Below are positions 18,776 through 27,923 of a DNA stretch of 51,688 bases, piece by piece; position 1 is the stretch's first letter; the number at the start of each line of letters is the position of its first letter. The stretch lies in contig CAZDFV010000001.1 in assembly GCA_964504495.1 (NCBI GenBank), positions 1-51,688 on the forward strand, written 5' to 3'. The DNA comes from an uncultured Rhodothermales bacterium. Lineage in GTDB: Bacteria > Bacteroidota > Rhodothermia > Rhodothermales > Rubricoccaceae. A model generated the notes under the pieces. That model had not been told where the DNA came from. It saw nothing but the letters and a program-made list of their open reading frames with translations, and ran no database searches. Position numbers and translations under genes: made by a program.

Positions 18776-21109
18776 CTACTCGGCCACGAGCCGCCAGCGG
18801 CCCGGGCCCACCCACAGCCGGACGGCCTCGGCGTCGGCCCCGTCGAGCGAGACGCCGGCCGGCGGCGTCCCATGCCCGTCGGCCGACCACGCCACGGCGT
18901 CGCCGACCCGGACGACGCGGCCGACGCGGGGGACCTCGACGAGCGCGCGCGCCCCGTCCGGGACGGTCACGCGGAGTGCGAACGACCCCTCCCGCTGGCG
19001 GGCCTCGACGGCGATCTCGCCCCGGATGGACGGGACCACGGCCGCGGCGTGTGCCAGCGACCCGAGCCGGGGCGCCACGCGGAACGTGGCGTAGCCGGGC
19101 GCGATGGGCTCGACGCCAGCCACGACCTGCGAGAGCAGCGTGAGCGGGCCGCCGCTCCAGGCGTGGTTGTAGGTGCCGCCGCCGAACCCCTCGGCCCCGA
19201 TCCCCCACCCCTCCCAGAGCGTCGTGAGCGGGCTCTCGATCATGGCCGCGTAGCGACTCTTGAGGCGCGCGAGCGCGTCGTCCACGTAGCCCATCTGCAT
19301 GAGGGCCTCGGCCACGTACTTCTCGAAGTAGGGGCTCGCGTGGCGCTCTCGCAGCAGGACCTCGCGGATCGCGGGGTGCTTGTCCGGGCCGGCGAGCCCG
19401 GCGACGACGGCGAGCGCGTTCCCCCGGTCGTCGGTCGGCCCCTCGTGGCCGGGCGAGCGGTAGGCCGTGCCCGTCCAGAACCTTTCGTTGAACGCCTCGG
19501 CCAGCCGGTCGAGCGCGGCGTCGATGGCGGGCACGTCGGCGTCGTGGTCGGTGAGGCGCGCCATCTCGCGCTGGCCCTGGAGGGCGAGCGCGTACCACCC
19601 GTTGTAGAGGAGCGGCATGTCCTTGTGGTCGCCCCAGTCGCCCCACGTCCACCCGCCCGGGCGCGGGACGACGAGGCCGTCGGCGTCGGTCTCCCACACG
19701 GCGAGGTAGTCGCGGACGGCGGGGTAGACGCGGCGGATCGTCTCGGCATCGCCGGTGTGGAGGTAGTACGTCCAGAACCCGTAGTGGCCGACGGACGCCA
19801 GCATCTGCGTCGGGAGCTCGGCGCTCCACATCGACGGCGTCGAGGGGACCGGCGAGTAGAGCGTCGAGTCGGGCCGCTGCCACGCCGCCAGCTCGAGGAT
19901 CCCCTTCCGGCCGAGGGCGTCGGCGCTCCGCGAGAGGGCGTAGAAGCTCTCGCCCATCTCGAGGACGACGTCGCCCCACCACTGGGCCCGCTCGCGGTCC
20001 GGGCAGTCCATGTACGTGTCGCGCATGGTGACGTAGAGCGTCCGGAGCGACTTCTGCCACAGCGTGTCGAGCGCCGGGTCGGACGACGCGAACGAGCCCG
20101 TGAAGTCCGTGTCGTAGCCCGTCTCGCGGAAGGCGAGCCCGTGGACCGTGACGCCCGCGGGGATCGCGTACCGGACGACGTGGCCGTTCATCCACCCCGG
20201 CGGCTCGGCCTGCTGGCGGCCCGCGCGCGTAACGACCTCCGAGCGGACGTTGTAAGCGCTCCCGCCGCGGTAGTTGTCCGTCCGGACGTCGATGAGCGCG
20301 CCGGCCGGGGCCTCGACGTCGAGCCAGGGCGTGATCTGCGCGTTGTAGGGGAGCGCGACGAGGACCGTGTCGCCGGTCGAGACGAACGGGAACGCCGGGG
20401 CGTCGAGGTACGGACGGAGGCCGAAGTCGCGGAACGGCGGGATCGGCCGGCGGACGAGCGGGCCCCACGGGTCGGCCCCGGCCTCCGCCAGTGCGACGGC
20501 CGCAGGCCACGCGCCGTCGTCGTAGCCGGGGTCGGCCCACCCGTCGAGCTCCGCGCGGGCGTCGTAGCGGACGTTCGTCTCGGACAGGCGGAAGTTGGGG
20601 TGCGGCGGGCCGGTGCCGCCGTAGGCGGGGTGCCGCCGCGCCCGCCAGTCGAGCGCGACGGGCGCCCCGTCCGCCTCCAAGTCGAGCAGGAGGCCGGGCG
20701 CGTCGGTGTTGTAGTGGCTGAACCCGTCCTTCCCCCACGTCCAGACGAGGACGGCCACGGTGTTCTCGCCGGCCCGGAGGTGCGGGCCGAGGTCGACGGG
20801 GTCGTAGTAGCTCGCGCCGAGCCACGGGCCGCGCTTGAGCCCGCCCTCGCGGACGACGAGGTCGCCGTTCACCCACAGCCAGTACCGCGAGTCGACGGCG
20901 ACCCGGGCCTCGGCCTCCCGGGGCGCCTCGTCCAGCCGGAACGTCGTGCGGGCCGCGGTCCAGACGTTCTGCGAGTCGGCGGGCGTGAGGTCGGCGGCGC
21001 CGACCCAGCCGGCCGTCCACACGGTGTCGGCGTCCCAGACGGCGTGGGGCTGGGCGCTGGCGGGCGCGGCGAGGAGGACCGCCAGCGCGGCGAGGAGGAC
21101 GGGGCGCAT
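18776..21109 (-). CDS. alpha-L-rhamnosidase-like glycoside hydrolase, GH78
   Basis: ATG 21109 with signal peptide; DSRYWLWVNG, MDCPDRERAQWWGD, TTLWEGW, NHAWSGGP. Confidence 0.9.
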   Translation of the reverse strand: MRPVLLAALAVLLAAPASAQPHAVWDADTVWTAGWVGAADLTPADSQNVWTAARTTFRLDEAPREAEARVAVDSRYWLWVNGDLVVREGGLKRGPWLGASYYDPVDLGPHLRAGENTVAVLVWTWGKDGFSHYNTDAPGLLLDLEADGAPVALDWRARRHPAYGGTGPPHPNFRLSETNVRYDARAELDGWADPGYDDGAWPAAVALAEAGADPWGPLVRRPIPPFRDFGLRPYLDAPAFPFVSTGDTVLVALPYNAQITPWLDVEAPAGALIDVRTDNYRGGSAYNVRSEVVTRAGRQQAEPPGWMNGHVVRYAIPAGVTVHGLAFRETGYDTDFTGSFASSDPALDTLWQKSLRTLYVTMRDTYMDCPDRERAQWWGDVVLEMGESFYALSRSADALGRKGILELAAWQRPDSTLYSPVPSTPSMWSAELPTQMLASVGHYGFWTYYLHTGDAETIRRVYPAVRDYLAVWETDADGLVVPRPGGWTWGDWGDHKDMPLLYNGWYALALQGQREMARLTDHDADVPAIDAALDRLAEAFNERFWTGTAYRSPGHEGPTDDRGNALAVVAGLAGPDKHPAIREVLLRERHASPYFEKYVAEALMQMGYVDDALARLKSRYAAMIESPLTTLWEGWGIGAEGFGGGTYNHAWSGGPLTLLSQVVAGVEPIAPGYATFRVAPRLGSLAHAAAVVPSIRGEIAVEARQREGSFALRVTVPDGARALVEVPRVGRVVRVGDAVAWSADGHGTPPAGVSLDGADAEAVRLWVGPGRWRLVAE

Positions 21110-21142
21110 CAGGGGCGGCGGGGGCTCGGGAGTCTCCCTAAC

Positions 21143-21171
21143 AGTCGGGCCGGCCCCGGGCGTACCCCGAC
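21143..21171 (-). promoter_or_regulatory. putative ECF-sigma promoter of second GH78
   Basis: Minus strand GTCGGGG-N17-CGACT, about 35 bp upstream of ATG 21109. Confidence 0.55.
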
Positions 21172-21198
21172 GCCTCGACTCCATCTCCTTCCCCCGCC

Positions 21199-22650
21199 AT
21201 GCCCAACGACGCCGCCGACCGAACGCCCGCCCCGAGTGCCACCGTCGGCCTGTTCGGGATCGGGCTCGACACCTACTGGGACCAGTTCGACGGGCTGAAG
21301 GGGCGGCTCGAAGGGTACCAGGCCCGGATCGCCGGCCGGCTGGCGGAGACCGGCGCCGAGGTCGTCGACGCCGGGCTCGTGGACTCGGTCGAGGCGGCCC
21401 ACGCGGCGGCCGAGACGTTCCGCCAGCGGGGCGTGGACGTCGTGTTCCTCTACGTCTCGACCTACGCGCTCTCGGCGACGGTCCTGCCCGTCGTCCAGCG
21501 CACGGGCGCGCCGGTCGTGGTCCTCAACCTCCAGCCGACGGCGGCCATCGACTACGCCCGGTTCAACGGGCTGAAGGACCGGCACGCGATGACGGGCGAG
21601 TGGCTCGCGCATTGTCAGGCGTGCGCCGTGCCCGAGGTGGCGTCCGTCTTCCTCCGCGCCGGCGTCCCGTTCCACCAGGTGACCGGCACGCTCGACGACG
21701 CCGAGGCGTGGGCCGAGATCGACGCCTGGACGGCGGCGGCCCACGCGGCGGCCGCCCTGCGCGAGGCGCGGCTGGGCATCCTCGGCCACTACTACAACGG
21801 GATGCTCGACATCTACACCGACCCGACGATGCAGTCCGTCGCGTTCGGGACGCACATCGTCCACCTTGAGATGGACGAGCTGCAGCGCCTCCGCGACGAC
21901 GCGACGGACGAGGACGTGGACGCGGCCGTCGAGCGCGTCCGCCAGTCGTTCGACGTGTCGCCCGAGTGCGCCGAGGCCGAGGTCCGCCGCGCGGCGCGGA
22001 CGGCCGTCGCCCTCGACCGGCTGGCGGACGCGCACGGCCTGGGCGCCCTCGCCTATTACTACGAGGGCGTCGCGGGCGGCGTCTACGAGGACCTCGTCGG
22101 CTCGGTCATCGCCGGGACGTCGATGCTCACGGCGCGGGGCGTCCCGGTCGCGGGCGAGTGCGACGTCAAGAACGTCCAGGCCATGAAGGTCCTGGACACG
22201 CTCGGGGCCGGCGGGTCCTTTACCGAGTTCTACGCGCTCGACTTCGACGACGACGTCGTCCTCATGGGCCACGACGGGCCGGGTCACATCCGGATCGCGG
22301 AGGGCAAGCCTCGCCTGAAGCCGCTCGCCGTCTACCACGGGAAGCCGAGTCACGGGCTCTCGGTCGAGATGTCCGTCAAGCCCGGGCCGGTCACGCTCCT
22401 CGCCGTCGTCCAGACGGCCCAGGGGCAGCTCAAGCTGCTCGTGGCCGAGGGCGAGGCCGTTCCGGGTCCGATCCTCGAGATCGGCAACACGAACTCGCGC
22501 TACCGGTTCTCGCTGGGCGTCAAGGGGTTCATGGACGCCTGGTGCGCCGAGGGCCCGCACCACCACTGCGCCGTCGGCACGGGCCACCACGGGGCGACGC
22601 TCGCGCGGCTGGGGGCGCTCCTCGGCCTGGAGGCCGTCCAGATCTGCTGA
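21199..22650 (+). CDS. L-fucose/L-arabinose isomerase family protein
   Basis: GLFGIGLDTYW N-terminus, AGECD, FTEFY, MGHDGPGH, GPHHHCAVG. Confidence 0.88.
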   Translation: MPNDAADRTPAPSATVGLFGIGLDTYWDQFDGLKGRLEGYQARIAGRLAETGAEVVDAGLVDSVEAAHAAAETFRQRGVDVVFLYVSTYALSATVLPVVQRTGAPVVVLNLQPTAAIDYARFNGLKDRHAMTGEWLAHCQACAVPEVASVFLRAGVPFHQVTGTLDDAEAWAEIDAWTAAAHAAAALREARLGILGHYYNGMLDIYTDPTMQSVAFGTHIVHLEMDELQRLRDDATDEDVDAAVERVRQSFDVSPECAEAEVRRAARTAVALDRLADAHGLGALAYYYEGVAGGVYEDLVGSVIAGTSMLTARGVPVAGECDVKNVQAMKVLDTLGAGGSFTEFYALDFDDDVVLMGHDGPGHIRIAEGKPRLKPLAVYHGKPSHGLSVEMSVKPGPVTLLAVVQTAQGQLKLLVAEGEAVPGPILEIGNTNSRYRFSLGVKGFMDAWCAEGPHHHCAVGTGHHGATLARLGALLGLEAVQIC

Positions 22651-22698
22651 CGGACTCGGGGTTTACGGTTGAGGAGCTGTCCAGGAACGCTCCAGAAC

Positions 22699-22849
22699 AG
22701 TCCTCCCCCTGGACAGGGGGAGTCCGCCCCCGCCTACGCGGGGACAGGCTCCGGGGAGGGGGTAGACCGGCCGGAGCACCGCTCCCAGGCCGAGCATCGC
22801 GCTCGGCCTGTCCACCACCCCTCGCCCCTCCTGTCCAGGAGGGGGACTC
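22699..22849. repeat. REP-doublet / MITE-like palindromic element, copy 2 (opposite orientation)
   Basis: 68-bp arm identical to reverse complement of 9262-9329, near-identical ~39-bp second arm, unrelated ~43-bp centre. Confidence 0.85.
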
Positions 22850-22984
22850 GACTCCGACGGTTGCTGAGCGGTTCAGTCGCACCTCCAATCCGCCTGCTGG
22901 CGCCTACCGCCGCCGTGCTCCTCGAGCCCGTAGACGCCAGCGTCATCTACACCGCGAACCCCGAACCGTCCAACCGCGAACCCG

Positions 22985-24028
22985 CTACGCCCCCGCGATC
23001 TGGCTGGCGAGGCCGATGAGGACGACCGAGGCCAGGAGCACGAAGAGCCCGAGCCCGAGCGTCCGCATCGTCCGGGGCGCCGCCCCGCGCCACTCGCCCT
23101 GCCCGACACCAATCGCGTTCGAGAACAGGATGATAAAGGCCATGTGGATGCTCCACGACGCGAACTCGTACGCCTCGCCGAGGAACGTCGTCCCCATGCC
23201 GTAGAAGAAGAACTGGAGGTACCACGTGAGCCCCGCCAGCGCGGCGAGCCCGTAGTTCCGCGCGAGGCGGACGTCGTCGTCGCCGAAGTCCCCGAACGTC
23301 CGGTTGCGCCAGCCCATCCAGAGGCACGCGAGCCCGTTCGTCGTGAGGCCGCCGGCGAGGACGGCGATGAGGACCGCGTTGTTCTGCCAGAGCGGGTCGG
23401 CCCCGGCCGCGATCGCCGCCTCCGCGATCGGCCGGCCGGCCGCGAGCCCGAACGCGAAGCACGCGCTGAGGACGCCGGCCACGACCGCCACGCCGACGCC
23501 CTTTCTCAGGTCGTACTCCTCGACCACGGCCGTTTTTTCTTCGTCCGTCACGTCGCCCTCCTTCATCATCCCAGCCCGCCCGGCCACGCCGATCCCGACG
23601 AGGCAGAGGGCCACGCCGCCGACCGTGATCCGGCCGCTGGCGGTCCCGAGGAGGTCGAGGAACGTGCCCTCCCAGATGGGCGGGACGAGCGTCCCGAACG
23701 CGGCCGTAAAGCCGAGGGCGACGGCCATCCCCAGCGAGATGCCGAGAAAGCGCATCGCCAGCCCGAACGTGAGGCTCCCGACCCCCCACAGCACGCCGAA
23801 CAGGTAGCACCACCCGAGCGCCGAGAGCGGCGCCGAGGCGAGGACGCCGGCCACGTCCGGGACCGTCAGCAGGCCCACGACCCACGGGACGACGAGCCAC
23901 GCCGCGAGCCCGTTGACGAGCCACGACGTCTCCCACGCCCAGTCCTTGATCCGCTGGATGGGCAGATAAAAACTGCCGGCCGCGAACCCGCCGAGGCCGT
24001 GGAGCAGGATGCCGAGCGCGGCGGCCAT
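22985..24028 (-). CDS. rhaT: L-rhamnose/H+ symporter
   Basis: GGFAAGSFYLP, WAWETSW, LQFFFYGMG, SWSIHM, GEW motifs of RhaT; about 10 TM helices. Confidence 0.93.
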   Translation of the reverse strand: MAAALGILLHGLGGFAAGSFYLPIQRIKDWAWETSWLVNGLAAWLVVPWVVGLLTVPDVAGVLASAPLSALGWCYLFGVLWGVGSLTFGLAMRFLGISLGMAVALGFTAAFGTLVPPIWEGTFLDLLGTASGRITVGGVALCLVGIGVAGRAGMMKEGDVTDEEKTAVVEEYDLRKGVGVAVVAGVLSACFAFGLAAGRPIAEAAIAAGADPLWQNNAVLIAVLAGGLTTNGLACLWMGWRNRTFGDFGDDDVRLARNYGLAALAGLTWYLQFFFYGMGTTFLGEAYEFASWSIHMAFIILFSNAIGVGQGEWRGAAPRTMRTLGLGLFVLLASVVLIGLASQIAGA

Positions 24029-24041
24029 CAGAGCGCCCTAC

Positions 24042-24131
24042 GGGCGGGTACGCAGTACGGGGTACGCGGTACGACGCGGGCGCCCTGCCCCCGGCGGACC
24101 GTACCCCGTACCCTGTACCTCGTACCTGCCG
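24042..24131. repeat. inverted heptamer-repeat element (GGGTACG-type)
   Basis: About 4 GGTACG(C/G)-type units facing about 4 CGTACCC-type units across a ~25-bp spacer. Confidence 0.8.
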
Positions 24132-26348
24132 TCACCGGAGGAAGGCGTCGCGGAGGCCGCCGTCCACACTGAGGATCTGGCCCGTCGTCTTGTGCATGCC
24201 GGTCACGAGGGCGAGGATGGCCTCGGCCTGGTCGTCGGGCGTGATGGGCTGGTCGGTCAGGGTCCGGGCGGCGTAGAACTTGGCGAGCTTGGCGCGGAGG
24301 TCCTCGGTCGAGTCGCCGTCGGCAAAGTCGATCCCGTACTTGGTGAGCGACGCCTTGACGCGGTCGCGGGGGAACATCGACGAGCCCTCGACGACCGTCG
24401 CCGGGGCCACGCCGTTGACGCGCACGCGCGGCGCCAGCGCCACGGCGAGTTCGCGGACGAGGTGGTTCGCCGCCGCCTTCGACGTGTCGTAGGCGAACGA
24501 CCCGGCCTTGGGGACGACCGCGTTCACGCTCGTCGTGACGACCGCCGAGCCGTCGAGCTCTTGCGCCTCCCACACGCGGCGCGCCTCGTCGAGGACGACG
24601 TACGGGCCGCTCACGTTGACGGCGAACGCCGTCGCCCACTGGCCGTCCGAGACCTCGCCGTTCTCGTCCGGCGTCGGGTAGTAGCCGGCCGTCACGACCA
24701 CGTGGTCGAGCCCGCCGTAGGCGAACACGACGTCCGAGACCATCTCGCGGACGGCCGCGCGCTTGGTCATGTCGGCGCCCAGCCCGACGACGTCGCCGGA
24801 GCCGGAGAGGCCGGAGCCGGCCACGCCGATCCCCATCCCGACCCGGTCCATCACGGCCTCGGCCGTCTCGCGCGCTGTGCCCGCGTCGAGGTCCACGCAC
24901 GCGACGACGGCGCCCTCGCCGACGAGGTGGTCCACGACCTCGCGTCCGATGCCGCTCCCGGCGCCGACGACGACGGCGACCTGGCGGGCGAGCGCCTTCT
25001 CGGGCGGCATCCGCTGGAGCTTGGCCTCCTCCAGGAGCCAGTACTCGATGTCGAACGCCTCCTGGCGCGGGAGTGCGGTGTACGACGAGACCCGCTCGGC
25101 CCCACGCATCACGCCGATCGCCGCCGTGTAGAACTCGGCCGTGACCCGGCTCTCGGACTTCGACTTCCCCCAGGCCACGAGCCCGACGCCCGGGATCAGG
25201 ACGACCGACGGCGACGACGGCCGGAGCGCGGGCGAGTCGTCGTGCTTGTGCTGCTCGTAGTAGGCACCGTAGTCCTCGACGTACTGGCGGAGGCCGTCGT
25301 CGAGCTTTTGCTTGAGCGCGTCGGCGCCCTCGTCGGGCTGCCAGTCGACGTAGAGCGGCTTGATCTTGGTGCGGAGGAAGTGGTCGGGGCAGGACGTGCC
25401 CAGCTCCGCGAGGCGCGGCGCGTCGTGCGAGCCGACGAACTCGAGCACCTCGTCCGTGGCCTGGACGGTCCCGATCATCCGCTTCTCGCCGCTCACGCGG
25501 CCGCGCAGCCACGGGAGAACCTCGTCCAGGACGGCGCGGCGCTCGGCCTCCGCCAGCGGCCCGGTCTTCTGGCCGCCAAAGTCGGGCTGGCCGTTCGCGC
25601 GGGCATCGAGGAAGTCCTGGGCGCGGCGGATGAGGTCGAGCGTCAGCTCGTAGCACGCGCGGTCGTCGTCGGCCCAGTTGATCAGGCCGTGGCCGCCGAG
25701 GACGACCCCCTTCGCGTCGGGGTGCTCCCGGCAGATCCGCTGGAGCTCCAGGCCGAGCTCGAACCCGGGCCGCTGCCAGTCGGTCCAGACGACCTCGTCG
25801 CCGTACACCTCGCGCGTCAGCGCCTCGCCATCGGCCGCCGTCGCGAGGGCGATGACGGCGACGGGGTGCATGTGGTCGACGTGTTTATAGGGGATGTAGG
25901 CGTGGAGCGGCGTGTCGATGGACGGCGCGCGCGGGTTGAGGTCGAACGTGGTGTGGGGGTACATCGCCACCATCTCGTCCTCGGCCGGCGTCTTCGGCCC
26001 GCGCTCGGGCTTGCTCGCGTAGACGTCCTGGAGCGCCATCAGCCGGTCCTGGTAGAGCGAGGCGAAGTTGGCCCGCTTCGCCGTCCGGAGGTCGCCGCCG
26101 GACCCCTTCACCCACAAGACCGTCGCCGTCTCGCCCGTGACCGGGTCGGGCATCTCGACCTTGGACGACGTGTTGCCGCCGCCGGTGTTCGTGATCCGGG
26201 CGTCCTCGCCGAGGAGGTTCGAGCGGTAGACGAGCCGGTCGACGGGGTCGTCGGGCGCCGCGGCCTCGTCCCAGCGCGAGCGGAGGTAGTCGGCGGCCCC
26301 TTCGGGGTCCGCGTCGAGGGTGGCGGCGGCGTTCAGGTCGGCGGGCAT
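24132..26348 (-). CDS. rhaD: bifunctional rhamnulose-1-phosphate aldolase / short-chain dehydrogenase (RhaEW-type)
   Basis: GGGNTSSK, WVKGSGGD, SIDTPLH, DHMHP, CPDHFLRTK, IEYWLLEEAKL followed by SDR GAGSGIG and YDTSK. Confidence 0.93.
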   Translation of the reverse strand: MPADLNAAATLDADPEGAADYLRSRWDEAAAPDDPVDRLVYRSNLLGEDARITNTGGGNTSSKVEMPDPVTGETATVLWVKGSGGDLRTAKRANFASLYQDRLMALQDVYASKPERGPKTPAEDEMVAMYPHTTFDLNPRAPSIDTPLHAYIPYKHVDHMHPVAVIALATAADGEALTREVYGDEVVWTDWQRPGFELGLELQRICREHPDAKGVVLGGHGLINWADDDRACYELTLDLIRRAQDFLDARANGQPDFGGQKTGPLAEAERRAVLDEVLPWLRGRVSGEKRMIGTVQATDEVLEFVGSHDAPRLAELGTSCPDHFLRTKIKPLYVDWQPDEGADALKQKLDDGLRQYVEDYGAYYEQHKHDDSPALRPSSPSVVLIPGVGLVAWGKSKSESRVTAEFYTAAIGVMRGAERVSSYTALPRQEAFDIEYWLLEEAKLQRMPPEKALARQVAVVVGAGSGIGREVVDHLVGEGAVVACVDLDAGTARETAEAVMDRVGMGIGVAGSGLSGSGDVVGLGADMTKRAAVREMVSDVVFAYGGLDHVVVTAGYYPTPDENGEVSDGQWATAFAVNVSGPYVVLDEARRVWEAQELDGSAVVTTSVNAVVPKAGSFAYDTSKAAANHLVRELAVALAPRVRVNGVAPATVVEGSSMFPRDRVKASLTKYGIDFADGDSTEDLRAKLAKFYAARTLTDQPITPDDQAEAILALVTGMHKTTGQILSVDGGLRDAFLR

Positions 26349-26352
26349 GGGG

Positions 26353-27804
26353 TCAGGCCGGGACGTCGGCCGGGGTGGTGGTACGGAGGGCGGCGTGGGC
26401 GCGGACGGCCTCGCGGACCGAGCCGTCGAGGTCGCCGAGGGCGCGCGCTTGGACGAGGAGGTTGCCGAGGGCCGTGGCCTCGGCCGGGCCGGCGACGACG
26501 GGGACCCCGCAGGCGTCGGCCGTGAGCTGGTTGAGGAAGGCGTTCCGGGCGCCCCCGCCGACGACGTGGAGCGTCTCGGGCCGCTCGCCGGTGAGCGACG
26601 CGAGCTCGGCGAGGACGCGGCGGTAGCTCTCGGCCAGGCTCTCGAACACGAGCCGGACGAGGGCGCCGCGCGAGGCCGGCAGCGGCACCTCGTGCTCGCG
26701 GCAGAAGGCGCGGATCTTGGCCTGCATGTCGCCGCGGAGCGCGAACGGCGGCCCGTTCAGGGCGAGGTAGCGGCCGGCGGAGGGGGCGGCCGCGGCCTCG
26801 GCCACGAGCGTCTCGTAGTCCGGCCGGTCGCCGTCGACCTCGGCCCACTCGCGGATGCACTCTTCCAAGACCCAGAACCCCGTCCGGTTCTTGAGGAGCC
26901 GGGTCGTCCCGTCGACGCCGGCCTCGTTCGTGAACCCGGCCCGCCGCGCGGCGTCCGTCAGGACGGGCCCGTCGCGCTCAACGCCGACGAGCGACCACGT
27001 CCCGGACGAGACGTAGGCCCACGGCCGCTCGCCGGTCGCGGGGACGGCGGCCACGGCCGCGGCCGTGTCGTGCGAGCACGTGGCGACGACCGTCGGCGGA
27101 TCGCCCCGCCAGCCGGCCGGGAGCGCGCTCGCGAGGACGGGCCCGAGCACGGTGCCCGGCTCCACGACGCGCGGCCAGCGCCCGACGTCGTCGCCCAACT
27201 GGCGGACGACCTCGGCGTCCCAGTCGCCCGTGCGGGCGTGGAACAGGCCGGTCGTGCTCGCCAGCGTCCGCTCGGCGACGGCCTCGCCGCTCAGCCGGTA
27301 GAGGAGGTAGTCGGCGATGAGGAGCCGCGTTTCGGTCTGCGCGACGGTCTCGGGCTCGTGCTCGAGGTCGGCGGCGACCTGGTAGACCGTGTTGAACTCC
27401 AAAAACTGGATGCCCGTCCGGCCGTAGAGGGTGGCGGCGGGGATGCGGGCGAGGACGGCGGCCATCTGGCCCTTCGTCCTCGGGTCGCGGTAGGCGTAGG
27501 GGTCGCGGAGCGCCCGGCCGTCGGCCCCGAGCGGGACGTAGTCGACGCCCCACGTGTCGACCGACACCGACCGGAGGCCCGGCGCGATCCGCAGCGCGAG
27601 GTCGAGCCCGGTGCGGACCTCGGCCCACAGCGTCTCCAGATCCCACACGAGCCGGACGCCGCCCGCGCCCGCCCGCTCCACGAGCGGCGTCCGAAAACGG
27701 TGGACCTCGCTTAGATGGACGTTCGCGCCCTCCAGCACGCCCACGACCGCCCGCCCCGACGAGGCGCCGAGGTCGATGGCGAGGTAAGAGGAGGGGAGGG
27801 GCAC
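26353..27804 (-). CDS. rhaB: rhamnulokinase
   Basis: LAIDLGASSGR, DTWGVDY, AYRDPRT, HDTAAAV, SSGTWSLVG, FTNE. Confidence 0.93.
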   Translation of the reverse strand: MPLPSSYLAIDLGASSGRAVVGVLEGANVHLSEVHRFRTPLVERAGAGGVRLVWDLETLWAEVRTGLDLALRIAPGLRSVSVDTWGVDYVPLGADGRALRDPYAYRDPRTKGQMAAVLARIPAATLYGRTGIQFLEFNTVYQVAADLEHEPETVAQTETRLLIADYLLYRLSGEAVAERTLASTTGLFHARTGDWDAEVVRQLGDDVGRWPRVVEPGTVLGPVLASALPAGWRGDPPTVVATCSHDTAAAVAAVPATGERPWAYVSSGTWSLVGVERDGPVLTDAARRAGFTNEAGVDGTTRLLKNRTGFWVLEECIREWAEVDGDRPDYETLVAEAAAAPSAGRYLALNGPPFALRGDMQAKIRAFCREHEVPLPASRGALVRLVFESLAESYRRVLAELASLTGERPETLHVVGGGARNAFLNQLTADACGVPVVAGPAEATALGNLLVQARALGDLDGSVREAVRAHAALRTTTPADVPA

Positions 27805-27834
27805 AGAGGTATGGAGCTACTGCGATCTCGGGCG

Positions 27835-27910
27835 GGGTACGCGGTACGGGGTACGGGGTACGACCACCCACGCGGCGACCCGTGTACCCTGTACCCTGTG
27901 CCCTGTACCC
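27835..27910. repeat. inverted heptamer-repeat element (GGGTACG-type)
   Basis: GGGTACG/CGGTACG units facing GTACCCT units, between rhaI and rhaB. Confidence 0.8.
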
Positions 27911-27923
27911 ATGCGGAGCATGA

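Noticed and set aside
21109-21135. TCAGGGG-N15-AGTCT as a fifth promoter, for the isomerase
   Set aside because: Shorter spacing and both boxes degenerate; not counted, although possible
24042-27910. Repeats as a CRISPR array
   Set aside because: Short inverted heptamer runs at separate gene junctions, no repeat-spacer periodicity and no cas genes
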